From: Prosthecobacter debontii
Lineage (GTDB): Bacteria > Verrucomicrobiota > Verrucomicrobiia > Chthoniobacterales > Chthoniobacteraceae
NCBI GenBank assembly: GCA_945905735.1
Contig: CAMDQC010000008.1
Span: 1,989-65,988, forward strand
Direction of reading: 5' to 3'
Length of the DNA: 64,000 nt
Part shown: piece by piece, positions 26,704 through 35,879 of the stretch
Numbering within the stretch: the first letter of the stretch is position 1
How the letters are laid out: every line of letters starts with the position of its first letter
The notes under the pieces: generated by a model
What the model saw: only the letters and a program-made list of their open reading frames with translations
Database searches by the model: none
Told to the model about the DNA's origin: nothing
Program-made: the position numbers and the translations under genes

Positions 26704-29700
26704 TCACGGCGCGGGTGTGACGACTTTATAAAACCTCGCGCCGGTTCCGAGCATTGGGTCGGTGAATGTCTGCGCACCGCTCGTCACGGGCGTGATGACT
26801 GCGCCGAGCGGCGTCCATGTCACGAGGTCGGGGGAGGTAAAGACGCGGTAGGTTTTTCCCGAGGCGGCGGAGAATGTGCCGGAGATGCTGCCGTCGCCGT
26901 TTTTCACGGTGCTGGAAATCACAAAGCGACTCGCCGCATTGCCGGCTTCGGTCCCGGCGGTCCATTCGGTGAGATTGCTTTGCCCGTCGCCGTCGGTGTC
27001 GGCGGGGACGCTGCCGGGATTTGGCGCGAAGGCAAACCAGCGGACTGCTTCTGGCACTCCGGGCGCCTCGGTGCTGCCGAGGATGAAGTGCAGCGATGAG
27101 CCGGAGCCGTCGGCGGCGAGGGGCCACGGGGCGGTGTCGTTGTAAGTGACTTCCTGGATCGTGCTGTTGCCTGCATCGTCGAGCGCGACGTGTTCGCCGC
27201 CGTCGCTGAGATTCGTGTCGTTTGCAAACTCACCCGCGATGCGGAATCCCGCGCCGAACGCCGCGGTAAATGCGGCGGTGTTTCGGACGACGAAGATGCG
27301 TTCGCCGGGCGTGAGCGTGGAGGCGGTGAATGCAAACTCAACGCCGTCGCTGAAGTGAATGCCGGTGAGATCGAGCGTCACGGTCGTGCTCGTGTTTTGT
27401 AGCTCGATGAACTCCGCGAGGTCGTCGCCGGGCGGATGATAGTGCAGCTCGGTGATGCGCAAATGCTGCTGCGCCGGGCTTGGCGTGGCGGGAAGTGTGA
27501 TGCTCGCAATCGTGGTCCCGGCGACGTTCTTGACCGTGAGCGTTTCGCCGAGATTGCTGAGATGGCCGGATGCGTCGCCGGTGACGAATCGCCGCTCCGC
27601 ACCGCGCGGTCCGGTTGTGCGCTGGCGGAACGCGTAGCGGTTTGGCGTGACGTAGATGCTCTCGCCGGGCAGCACGACCGTCCCGCCTTTGAAGGTAAAT
27701 GTGACGCCGCCGCTGAGCGCCCAGCCGCTCATATCCACGGAAGCCGTGCCGGTGTTTCGCAGCTCGATGAACTCCTGATCCTGGATGCCGCTCGCAGGAT
27801 TTGCCTCGATGGCGCCGAATGTGATGCCGGGCGCCGCCGGCTGGCTGGCTGGGATTCCCGCGCTGCCGACGCCGGTCGAAAAATTGAGCGTCTCGGGCGC
27901 AGCGTGCGTCGTCATGAGGTATCCAACACGGGGCGCGAGGTATTCGTTTTTGATGCGGTCCATCGCCTGCGTGAGCGTGACGATTCCACCGCCAGTCCAG
28001 TTAAAGTGCGAATTCGCGCCCCACTTCGCATGGTCGGCGTCCACGTCGGCTTGGAGCGTGGGTTTCAAAACATCCATGCGGTTTTGGAACCAGTTCGTCG
28101 CGAGAAATTGGTCATTCATCCCGCGGATGCGGCGCACGAGCATGGCGCGGGTGCGAGGGTTGGCGACGATGGCTTCCTGCAAGCGGTTGAACTTGTTTGC
28201 TTGAAGCTGCCACGGACGCACGCCGAGGAACGGATGACTCGCGCACGCTGGTGTGGACGGCGAGTTTTGCGCATAGACGATCGTGTCGGTGTTCAGCGCG
28301 TCGGGCCCGAGGCTGAGGTCGAGGTCCCACGGGATGAACATCCATTCGCGCGAGCCGTCGCTGTCGCGATACATGAAGTAGTTTTTGTTCGATGCGTCTA
28401 TGTTCTGCGTGATGGCGACGCCGGCCATGAAGTTCACGACTTGCGGCACGTCGAGATTGTCAAAGAGCCACGTCTCCAGCGTTGTGCCGGTGAGTCCCAT
28501 CGCGGTGACGAGCGCGTCAAGGTCGGCGTAGCCTTCATCGGGCCGCGTCTTTTTATCGAAAGCCGACGCCGCTGTGAAATCGCACGCGCCATGGTCGCCA
28601 ACGGCTTTGTAGTAGGAGCCGTCGGGGTCGAGTCCGTAGCGACCGAGGAAATCGCCGTCCGGCTGTTCGACATAAAGCGCGACGGAATAGAACGCGCCGT
28701 TCTGCCGGACGTGGACCGGGAATATCTCCGGCGTCGCGAGCCCAGTGGCGCGGTACATTTCGCTAACCATCTGCGCGCGGACGTAGCTCTTGTCGGTAAA
28801 TGTCGTGTTTAGATCGAACTCATCCACGCGGCCCTGCGTCGCTCGGAGGCGGAACTTGTGGCCTTTGTTGAACTCGACCTTGTAGCTCTTCTTCGGCCAG
28901 CCGATGGACGTGTTGCCGCGGATTCGCGTGAAGCAATTGTCGTAAAACTCGCCGTCGTAAAACATCTCGCAGCGCGTGCCGGTGATGAGCTCCGCAGCCG
29001 CAGCGTTTTCGACAAAACGATGGATGACCGGCAGCGGCGAAGTGATGCCGGGGTCCGCGATCACCGTGCCGAGATACTGCGGCGATTCGCTATGCAAATA
29101 ACGCGGCCAGCGGGCGGTGGTGTTCTGGATGGTTTGCGTGGTAATGTACCACCGGACCATTTGTCCCGCAGTCGTACCGAGGCTGGCGGGGATTTGTGCG
29201 GTCCATTGCAAATCGTTCGGAGTCGTATCGCCATTGATCCCACTGTCGTTCATGGCGACCGTCTGCTCCGGCCCATACATCAGCCGGTAATGAAGCGTGG
29301 CGCTGTAGATGTAATTCGGATCATCATCAGGGCCGACCACTTCTGACTGATACGCACGTAGAAAGGCCGACACGGTGATCGCCTGTCCGGCAGTCGGTGC
29401 GGCTGGAATGTATTGTGTGTTGCGAATCTGCGCCCCGCCGGAGTAGCGCGGCGCGACGTTTGGGTAGCCAGGGGTTGCCACCGGAAAATATGCGACGCTG
29501 AAAACGTTTCCGACCAAACCGACGCTGACATTTGTTTCCGACGGAACCCACTGCGTCGGGGTCGCCGGGACGTAATTGAACGGGGCGTTATAGCTGTGAA
29601 CAATCGTGACGCCGTCCGGCGCGACGAGTTTTAGATCCTCGCCATCCGGATCGATTTGGAAATTCGTGTGCAGCGGCTGGCCCGCGATACGGCGGTTCTT

Positions 29701-31506
29701 CCCGCTCGCCCAAACCAACAGATATTGCCCGGCATTCAGTGTCACCGCCGGGAACCGCCAAGTCGCCGATGAGTCCCGCAAGTAGTAGCCGTCGAGATTC
29801 ACCGCCGCGGCCGTTCCATTATAAAGCTCGATCCAGTCCGACGAATCCCGGTCTTCGTCTTCGATTCCGCCGACGTTGTCCGCCATGTATTCGTTGATCA
29901 CGAGCGCCGTCGGAGGCGCGGGCGGTGTGGCGTTCGTGATGTCGAGACCCGCTGCGCCCGCAGCGAAAAGATTGTAAATCTCATTCGCCGAAAGCGCGCG
30001 ATTCCACAGCGCCACATCGTCGATGAGCCCCTGCCAATGGCTGTCGGTCGAGGCTCCTACAATCTTCGCCCCGATGCTCAGCGCTTGCGGCGGAGTAAAG
30101 AGCGCACCGCTGTAAGCCGTCGCCGCCACTTGCAGCCCATTGCGGAAAACTCGGAGATTCGCTCCATCCGCCGTGCAGGCCACGTGCTGCCACGAGCCCG
30201 TCGGGAAAACGCCCGCTTCCTTCGCATTGGGAAACGTGCTCGTCAGCCCGATGTAATTGCTCAGCTCGCCCGTGCCCGATTCGAGACCGAAGTGAAACTC
30301 CCCGTACCAGTTTTTGACGATGCTCGCCCACACCGGACGCGAATCCGCCCACACCCACGCCGAGATGGAATAGTTCGCCGCCGTCTTCGGAAAATTCGGC
30401 ACGATCACATGCTCGCCCGTCGAGCCAGCAGCGAAACGCAGCGCGCCGCCCACTTTCCCCGCCGTCCAGTAAGCATTCGTTGCCGCGGAAAAATTCGTGA
30501 GCACCCCGCTGTTATGCTGGCCCGACGTATCCGCCGCCGTCCCGCCCATCGTTTCATCGAAGCGCCAGTAACCCGCGAGATTCTGCAAAATGCCGCTCGC
30601 CGCCGGAGCCAGCGGAACCACCGTCGCCAGCGTCGCCGCGCTGCTCGTCACCGAGCCCTGCGCATTCATCACCACCACGTCGTAGCTCGCCGCATCGCCC
30701 GCCGCCACCGGCGAAATCGTGAGCGTCGCCGCCGTCGCCCCGCCAATCGGCACCGTGCCCTTCCGCCATTGATACGTCAGCGGCGCACCGCCAGCCACGA
30801 CCGAAAAAGTCGCCGTCCCGCCAATCGGCTGAGTCTGCGAACGCGGCGCCGTGCCGATGACCGGCGGCGAAGCCACTTCCTCCGTGAGCGCCACCGCAGA
30901 AATCGCCGGATTCCCCGACAAATCCGCCAGCCCCCGATCCAGCCGCAGGTCGATGCCGTCCGCATCCGCCACCGTGCGCAACCGCAGCACCCGATTGAAA
31001 GGACTGCCCTGCGGCACCAGCCAATCGTTCTTCGCCATCACCCCATCCACCAGCACATCCATTACGCGACCACCCGACGGCGCGAACGCATCCAGCGCGA
31101 GAATATCGATGATGTAAGTCTTCCCCACAGTCGCCGCGAGTTTCATCACAAAAAAGCCCGAGCCCCCATGCAGCCCGCCCTTGCTGAGCGAGTCCCGCGC
31201 AGCCTGCTCCGGCGCCCCCGTCCACGTAAAACCGCCAATCGCATAAGTCAGCGGAGCCGTGGTAAAAGTGATCCCCGTCGCCGCATCATTCACGCCGAGA
31301 TTGCCCGTCAGCGTAGTGCCCAAAAGGGTCACCGTCGGCGCATTCGCCGCACTGTTCCCGAAGTTCCACCCCTTGCTCGTCGCATTGCGATAGCTCAAAA
31401 AATCCGTCGTAAACCCAAACACCGCCGTATCCGAAACCACCTCCACCGCACGCGACGAGATAGAGCTACAAAACAAAAGTGCTGCGAGGAAAAGAAGACG
31501 TTTCAT
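26704..31506 (-). CDS. Giant secreted multidomain protein: Ig-like, LamG, three lamin-tail (LTD) domains and a CotH kinase-like domain
   Basis: 1600 aa with signal MKRLLFLAALLFCSSISSRA. Ig-like at aa ~213-295 (TYQWRKG...ASYDVVV). LamG at aa ~305-520 (SISAWVW...IDDVALWNRALS). LTDs at aa ~533-645, ~1228-1340 and ~1348-1480 (INEY..DWIELYN; EFIELRNTG; ITELHYHP..EFIELQN). CotH at aa ~840-1195 (KKSYKVEF, NKNYFMYRD, IPWDLDLS). Confidence 0.85.
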   Translation of the reverse strand: MKRLLFLAALLFCSSISSRAVEVVSDTAVFGFTTDFLSYRNATSKGWNFGNSAANAPTVTLLGTTLTGNLGVNDAATGITFTTAPLTYAIGGFTWTGAPEQAARDSLSKGGLHGGSGFFVMKLAATVGKTYIIDILALDAFAPSGGRVMDVLVDGVMAKNDWLVPQGSPFNRVLRLRTVADADGIDLRLDRGLADLSGNPAISAVALTEEVASPPVIGTAPRSQTQPIGGTATFSVVAGGAPLTYQWRKGTVPIGGATAATLTISPVAAGDAASYDVVVMNAQGSVTSSAATLATVVPLAPAASGILQNLAGYWRFDETMGGTAADTSGQHNSGVLTNFSAATNAYWTAGKVGGALRFAAGSTGEHVIVPNFPKTAANYSISAWVWADSRPVWASIVKNWYGEFHFGLESGTGELSNYIGLTSTFPNAKEAGVFPTGSWQHVACTADGANLRVFRNGLQVAATAYSGALFTPPQALSIGAKIVGASTDSHWQGLIDDVALWNRALSANEIYNLFAAGAAGLDITNATPPAPPTALVINEYMADNVGGIEDEDRDSSDWIELYNGTAAAVNLDGYYLRDSSATWRFPAVTLNAGQYLLVWASGKNRRIAGQPLHTNFQIDPDGEDLKLVAPDGVTIVHSYNAPFNYVPATPTQWVPSETNVSVGLVGNVFSVAYFPVATPGYPNVAPRYSGGAQIRNTQYIPAAPTAGQAITVSAFLRAYQSEVVGPDDDPNYIYSATLHYRLMYGPEQTVAMNDSGINGDTTPNDLQWTAQIPASLGTTAGQMVRWYITTQTIQNTTARWPRYLHSESPQYLGTVIADPGITSPLPVIHRFVENAAAAELITGTRCEMFYDGEFYDNCFTRIRGNTSIGWPKKSYKVEFNKGHKFRLRATQGRVDEFDLNTTFTDKSYVRAQMVSEMYRATGLATPEIFPVHVRQNGAFYSVALYVEQPDGDFLGRYGLDPDGSYYKAVGDHGACDFTAASAFDKKTRPDEGYADLDALVTAMGLTGTTLETWLFDNLDVPQVVNFMAGVAITQNIDASNKNYFMYRDSDGSREWMFIPWDLDLSLGPDALNTDTIVYAQNSPSTPACASHPFLGVRPWQLQANKFNRLQEAIVANPRTRAMLVRRIRGMNDQFLATNWFQNRMDVLKPTLQADVDADHAKWGANSHFNWTGGGIVTLTQAMDRIKNEYLAPRVGYLMTTHAAPETLNFSTGVGSAGIPASQPAAPGITFGAIEANPASGIQDQEFIELRNTGTASVDMSGWALSGGVTFTFKGGTVVLPGESIYVTPNRYAFRQRTTGPRGAERRFVTGDASGHLSNLGETLTVKNVAGTTIASITLPATPSPAQQHLRITELHYHPPGDDLAEFIELQNTSTTVTLDLTGIHFSDGVEFAFTASTLTPGERIFVVRNTAAFTAAFGAGFRIAGEFANDTNLSDGGEHVALDDAGNSTIQEVTYNDTAPWPLAADGSGSSLHFILGSTEAPGVPEAVRWFAFAPNPGSVPADTDGDGQSNLTEWTAGTEAGNAASRFVISSTVKNGDGSISGTFSAASGKTYRVFTSPDLVTWTPLGAVITPVTSGAQTFTDPMLGTGARFYKVVTPAP

Positions 31507-31613
31507 GGTCAGATGAAAGACACCCCTACTCCATCTCCCGCGCAGAGCAAAGCAAAGTAACGCCGATAACTTTCCCCCATTTCTCGGATTCGGCGCAGGT
31601 CCCTCGCATAGAG

Positions 31614-31690
31614 TGGTGCAGCCATTAGGAGTCGAACCTAAAACCTTCTGATTCGTAGTCAGATGCTCTATCCAATTGAGCTATGGCTGC
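31614..31690 (-). tRNA. tRNA-Arg (anticodon ACG), CCA encoded
   Basis: Hand-folded cloverleaf. Acceptor GCAGCCA/TGGCTGC, D stem GCTC/GAGC, anticodon stem TCTGA/TCAGA with loop CT-ACG-AA, T stem TTAGG/CCTAA with loop TTCGACT, then A-CCA. Confidence 0.85.
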
Positions 31691-31750
31691 TTTTCCTGCG
31701 GTAAAAACAGGGCGCGAAAGAGAGCATACGGCGCACTCTGTTGGCAACTT

Positions 31751-32737
31751 TTATTTCACGCCGAGTTCGCTGATGAGCATCTTTAGCGTCACCCGGCCTA
31801 CGATTTCGAGGCTTTCGGCGCTCAGTTTATCGACGGAATCCGCCGCGGTGTGCCAGAATTGGTTCTCGGTCGAGGTATAGTTGAAGTCGATGATGTCCAT
31901 TGCCGGAATTCGCGCGATTCTGGCGATGGGTTCGTGGTCGTCGAGAATCGACCCGGGGGCAAAGCCGAATTTGTTGCGGAAGCCCAGTTCCTCGGCAGCT
32001 TTGAAAATCCCGCCGGAGAGATTCGGCGGGGTGTCCGAGGGGAGCGTGATGGTGAGTTCTTTGTCGCCGATCATGTCCCAGACAATCGCAAAACGAAATT
32101 GTCGCGCCCTGCTGCGCACTTGCTTCGCGTAGTATCGGCTGCCGACGAGTCCATCGGGGCCAGACTCGACGTTGCGGCTAATCTGCTCGACGCCTTCTTC
32201 GCCGTCGAAAAAGACGAGTTCAAATTGCTGTGCGAACTCCGGGGACTGGGCGAGCACGCGGGAAAGTTCGAGCAGCGCACCAGTCGAGCTGCCGGCATCA
32301 TTCGCACCGACAAAGCGGATGGGCATGAGCTTCGTGTCGAAGTGTGAACCGATGATTACCCGCTGCGTGGCGCGGGAGGCGGGCTGGCCTTTCACTGCGG
32401 GAAAACGGGCGATGATATTGGCAAAAACCGTTTTACCGCGACCGGATACGGGAGTTTCGCGAAACTCCTGCCGCTCAGCTTCCCAGCCGTTTTTAGCGAG
32501 TGTCTCGCTGATATACTGGCGTGTTTTTTCGATGGCTGAGGATCCACTCGGGCGTGGTCCGAAATCGACGAGGCGCTGCGTCTCTTGGAGCGCCTTTTCT
32601 CCCGAAAACTCTTTCCAGAGTTCCGGCGACACAGCGACCGATGGCGGCGTTTCGGGCAGTGGTGTCGCGGGCTTTTCGCTGCATGCGGAAAAGCAGCAAG
32701 CAGCAATGATGGCGAGACGCCGCGCAGTCTTTTTCAA
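31751..32737 (-). CDS. M28 family peptidase lipoprotein (glutaminyl-cyclase-like)
   Basis: Lipobox IIAACCFSAC. GSHFDT, GANDAGSSTGALLE, FFDGEE and DDHEP are metal-ligand blocks of M28. Confidence 0.8.
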   Translation of the reverse strand: MKKTARRLAIIAACCFSACSEKPATPLPETPPSVAVSPELWKEFSGEKALQETQRLVDFGPRPSGSSAIEKTRQYISETLAKNGWEAERQEFRETPVSGRGKTVFANIIARFPAVKGQPASRATQRVIIGSHFDTKLMPIRFVGANDAGSSTGALLELSRVLAQSPEFAQQFELVFFDGEEGVEQISRNVESGPDGLVGSRYYAKQVRSRARQFRFAIVWDMIGDKELTITLPSDTPPNLSGGIFKAAEELGFRNKFGFAPGSILDDHEPIARIARIPAMDIIDFNYTSTENQFWHTAADSVDKLSAESLEIVGRVTLKMLISELGVK

Positions 32738-32741
32738 AGCG

Positions 32742-33626
32742 TTATTCCTCCGGAAGTCCGAGCAATTTCAGGATGCGCTGAAGGTCATCGTTGCCGTAGT
32801 ACTCGATCTCGATGCGGCCTTTTTTTTCGCCGTGGGCGAGGCTGACTTGTGTGGCGAAGTGTTGTCGGAGGCGATTTTGCAGGTGGGCGATGGCGGGCTC
32901 GACTTGAGGGCTGCTGGCGGGGCCACGTTTGGGTTTGTTAGTTCCATTTCCGGCGAAATGGTCAGCCATGAGTTGCTCGGATCCGCGCACGGTGAGGCCA
33001 CGGCGGAGGGTTTCCTCGGCGAGCTTGAGTTGTTCTTCGTGGGATTTTACGCCGAGGAGGACTTTGGCGTGGCCGACGGAGAGGCGCTCTTGGACGACCC
33101 ATGTCTGCACTTGCTCGTGAAGCTCGAGGAGGCGCATAGCGTTGGCGACGGCAGCACGGCTCTTGCCGACTTTTTGGGCGATGTCTTCCTGCTTCATCTG
33201 GAAGTCTTTCGCGAGGCGGGAAAATGCGCGGGCTTCTTCGATGGGGTTTAGGTCTTCGCGTTGGATGTTCTCGATGAGCGCCAGCTCTAGGACGTCTTGG
33301 TCTGTGGCGCTGCGAACGATGATGGGCGCTTCTTTAAGCCCACATTTTTGCGCAGCTCGCCAGCGGCGTTCGCCGGCGATGAGCTCCATTTTTTCGCCGA
33401 CGCGACGGACGATGAGCGGCTGCATGATGCCCTTTTGCGCGATGCTGTCGGCGAGCTCTTGGATGTGCTCGTCGCGGAACTCAGTACGCGGCTGCCACGG
33501 CGACGGGACGATCTGATCGAGCGCGATCATTTGCACGCGTTCGCCGTCGGCCTCGATGGGCGTCGGCGATGCGACGCGGGTGTTGATGAGAGCACTGAGG
33601 CCCTTTCCGAGCGCTGGTTTTAGCAT
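32742..33626 (-). CDS. parB: ParB/Spo0J chromosome partitioning protein
   Basis: KGLSALI, IVPSPWQPR, GIMQPLIV, ELIAGERRWRAA and LIENIQREDLNPIEEA. The start is moved to ATG 33626 (MLKPALGKGL). Confidence 0.85.
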   Translation of the reverse strand: MLKPALGKGLSALINTRVASPTPIEADGERVQMIALDQIVPSPWQPRTEFRDEHIQELADSIAQKGIMQPLIVRRVGEKMELIAGERRWRAAQKCGLKEAPIIVRSATDQDVLELALIENIQREDLNPIEEARAFSRLAKDFQMKQEDIAQKVGKSRAAVANAMRLLELHEQVQTWVVQERLSVGHAKVLLGVKSHEEQLKLAEETLRRGLTVRGSEQLMADHFAGNGTNKPKRGPASSPQVEPAIAHLQNRLRQHFATQVSLAHGEKKGRIEIEYYGNDDLQRILKLLGLPEE

Positions 33627-33671
33627 AAGGGCGAGAGGGGTAATGGGTAAGCGCAGGCTCGGCAATTCCGA

Positions 33672-34355
33672 ATGACGTACCGGCGCGCTTTCTATAAACA
33701 CGGCGGCGTGCTCATCGAAAAACTCCGCGTCATCCACGACCGCACACCGCGCGGCGCTGCGGTGAATATGGCCTTTGACGAAGTGCTGCTAGAGCGCATC
33801 GCCGCGCCCACGCTGCGGCTCTACTATTGGGAAAAAGAGGCGATGAGCTTCGGCTACTTCATCCGCTACGCATCCGTCGCGGCGCTGGCGAATGGGCGCG
33901 AACTCGTCCGGCGAATGACGGGCGGCGGCATCGTGGAACATGGCGCAGACCTGACGTATTCGCTGCTCTTCCCGGCTGGCCACGCGCTGGCGGAATGCCC
34001 GCCGAGAGAGAGCTACCGCGCGGTCCACACGGCCATCGCGCAGTGGATGGCTTCGCGGGGACTTCTCGCGAATCTCGCGCCACCGCCGACTGGCACGGGC
34101 GATGTGTGTTTTGAAAAAGCGGCCGAGTTCGACCTCGTCGCTGCCGAGCGAAAGATCGCCGGGGCCGCCCAGCGCCGCACACGGATCGGGCTACTGCATC
34201 AGGGCAGCATCCACTGCGACTGCGAGCGGGCGGAGTTCCCGCGTGCGTTCACTCCAACGTGGCAGGAGGAGCCCGCCGAGCCCGCGCTCGCGCTGCTTGC
34301 CGAAGAGCTGGCGGCGAGGAAATACGCGCTGCAATCGTGGACTGAACGGGTGTGA
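33672..34355 (+). CDS. Lipoate/octanoate-protein ligase family protein (LplA/LipB-like)
   Basis: NMAFDEVLLE, LRLYYWE and GRKIAGAAQRR-type blocks. The start is ambiguous (ATG 33672, GTG 33708). Confidence 0.7.
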   Translation: MTYRRAFYKHGGVLIEKLRVIHDRTPRGAAVNMAFDEVLLERIAAPTLRLYYWEKEAMSFGYFIRYASVAALANGRELVRRMTGGGIVEHGADLTYSLLFPAGHALAECPPRESYRAVHTAIAQWMASRGLLANLAPPPTGTGDVCFEKAAEFDLVAAERKIAGAAQRRTRIGLLHQGSIHCDCERAEFPRAFTPTWQEEPAEPALALLAEELAARKYALQSWTERV

Positions 34356-34406
34356 GAGATTTCCCCAAACAATCCGCGTCGGCGAGGCTCTGCATGAGTC
34401 CAAGCC

Positions 34407-35018
34407 ATGAACTACTTCAAAGCCTTCGCCTTCGCCCTCACCGCCACCGCAGTCTTCGCCGCAGACGACGAGAAAGACTTCACGCCGCTCTTTAACGGCA
34501 AGGACACCACCGGCTGGCACCTGCGCAATCCAAACGGCCACAACTCGTGGACCGTCGAGGGCGGCGTGCTGAAAAACACCGTCAACAAAGGCGAGCACGG
34601 CACCGACCTCGTGGGCGATGCGAAGTTCTGGAACTTCACCGTGCGCTACGAATACCAAGTGCCCGATGGCTCAAACTCCGGCTTCTACCTGCGCGGGCGG
34701 CACGAGATTCAAATCTTCGGCGACTACGGCAGCGGCAAGCTGGCGAAGGGCGGCAATGGCGGCATCTACAATACCAAGGCGCCGTCCGAATTTGTAAGCA
34801 AGCCCGCGGGCGAGTGGCAGACGGCGGAAGTGACGATGATCGACAACAAAATAACCGTCATCCTCAACGGCAAAAAGATTCACGACAACGTAGAGTGCAA
34901 CGCCCCGACAGGCTCGCAGCTCGACGACAAAGTGAAAGAGCCCGGCCCATTCTTCCTGCAAGGCGACCACGGGACGGTTTCCTTCCGCAACATCCGCGTG
35001 AAGGAACTGGCGAAGTAG
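34407..35018 (+). CDS. DUF1080 (3-keto-disaccharide hydrolase-like) secreted protein
   Basis: 203 aa with a signal peptide. FTPLFNGKDTTGW, NSGFYLRGRHEIQI and LQGDHGTVSFRNIRVKEL. Confidence 0.85.
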   Translation: MNYFKAFAFALTATAVFAADDEKDFTPLFNGKDTTGWHLRNPNGHNSWTVEGGVLKNTVNKGEHGTDLVGDAKFWNFTVRYEYQVPDGSNSGFYLRGRHEIQIFGDYGSGKLAKGGNGGIYNTKAPSEFVSKPAGEWQTAEVTMIDNKITVILNGKKIHDNVECNAPTGSQLDDKVKEPGPFFLQGDHGTVSFRNIRVKELAK

Positions 35019-35112
35019 CACGATTCCTTAAACGAAAAAACTCCTCGCCGAGATACTGTCCCACACTGTGAGAAAGGGTTGCAAAACTCTCTCCCAGCGG
35101 CCAATTTTCAGC

Positions 35113-35376
35113 ATGTTCACGACAGTAGAAATTCCTGACGAATTGGCGGGGTTGGTGTTGGGCTCCCGCTCGTCATTATCCAGAGCCGTGATTGAGGCGG
35201 TGGCGGCGGACGCTTATCGGCAGGGGAATGTAACGATGTTTCAAGTTCGCACGCTTTTAGGCCACTCGTCGCAGTGGGAGACGCGCGATTTTCTCGAGGC
35301 CCGGCACGCGCTTCCAGAGCTCTCGGCGGATGAGATCTTACAAGAGACACAGGCTGCCGCTCCGTTCCTCCGCTAG
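35113..35376 (+). CDS. UPF0175 family antitoxin-like protein
   Basis: 87 aa from ATG 35113, with the typical UPF0175 layout (IPDEL...AYRQG.V....V..LLG...). It lies 2 nt upstream of the PIN-like gene. Confidence 0.7.
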   Translation: MFTTVEIPDELAGLVLGSRSSLSRAVIEAVAADAYRQGNVTMFQVRTLLGHSSQWETRDFLEARHALPELSADEILQETQAAAPFLR

Positions 35377-35378
35377 GG

Positions 35379-35864
35379 ATGGTCGTCATTTCGGATACCT
35401 CCGTTCTCTCCGCTCTGGCCGAAATCGAGGCTGAGGGAATCCTGCCTAAACTCGCCGGGGAGATTGTGGTGACGGAGGCAGTTTATGAGGAATGCCTCGC
35501 TGCCGGAGCTCCGGCGGCGTTGAAAACGATGATGGCGAACGCAAGCTGGCTTATCCGAGTAGCGAATCCCGCAACCAATCTCCCGGAAACTGCATCTCTC
35601 GACCCCGGTGAGGCATCAGCGATTTCGTATGCTTGGCTCCAGCGAGACCAAATGCTCCTTTTGGTGGATGACGCGGATGCGCGGAAGATTTGTCAGGCGC
35701 TCCAACTACGCATCATTGGCACGGTTGGTCTCATTTTCGAAGCGGCGGCACAGGGGCTCTTGGACTTTGACGTGTCGATTGGGAGGCTCCAGCGGACCAG
35801 TTTCCGCATTTCAAATACCGTCATCAACGAACTGCGAAAGAAGCTGACAGTGATACCGCCGTGA
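35379..35864 (+). CDS. DUF3368 PIN-like nuclease (toxin-like partner of UPF0175)
   Basis: 161 aa. VVISDTSVLSALAEI at the N-terminus and LVDDADARKICQALQLRIIGTVGL. Confidence 0.7.
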   Translation: MVVISDTSVLSALAEIEAEGILPKLAGEIVVTEAVYEECLAAGAPAALKTMMANASWLIRVANPATNLPETASLDPGEASAISYAWLQRDQMLLLVDDADARKICQALQLRIIGTVGLIFEAAAQGLLDFDVSIGRLQRTSFRISNTVINELRKKLTVIPP

Positions 35865-35879
35865 GTTCGGGAGACGGTA

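Noticed and set aside
31507-31750. tRNA-Arg as an integration hotspot for the CotH giant gene or neighbouring genes
   Set aside because: I could find no integrase, no duplicated tRNA 3' segment and no compositional break around the tRNA.
32742-33737. parS site or adjacent parA accompanying parB
   Set aside because: No parA-like Walker ATPase gene flanks parB. I could not spot a tGTTTCACGTGAAACa-type palindrome by eye near it, and absence cannot be proven without a pattern search.
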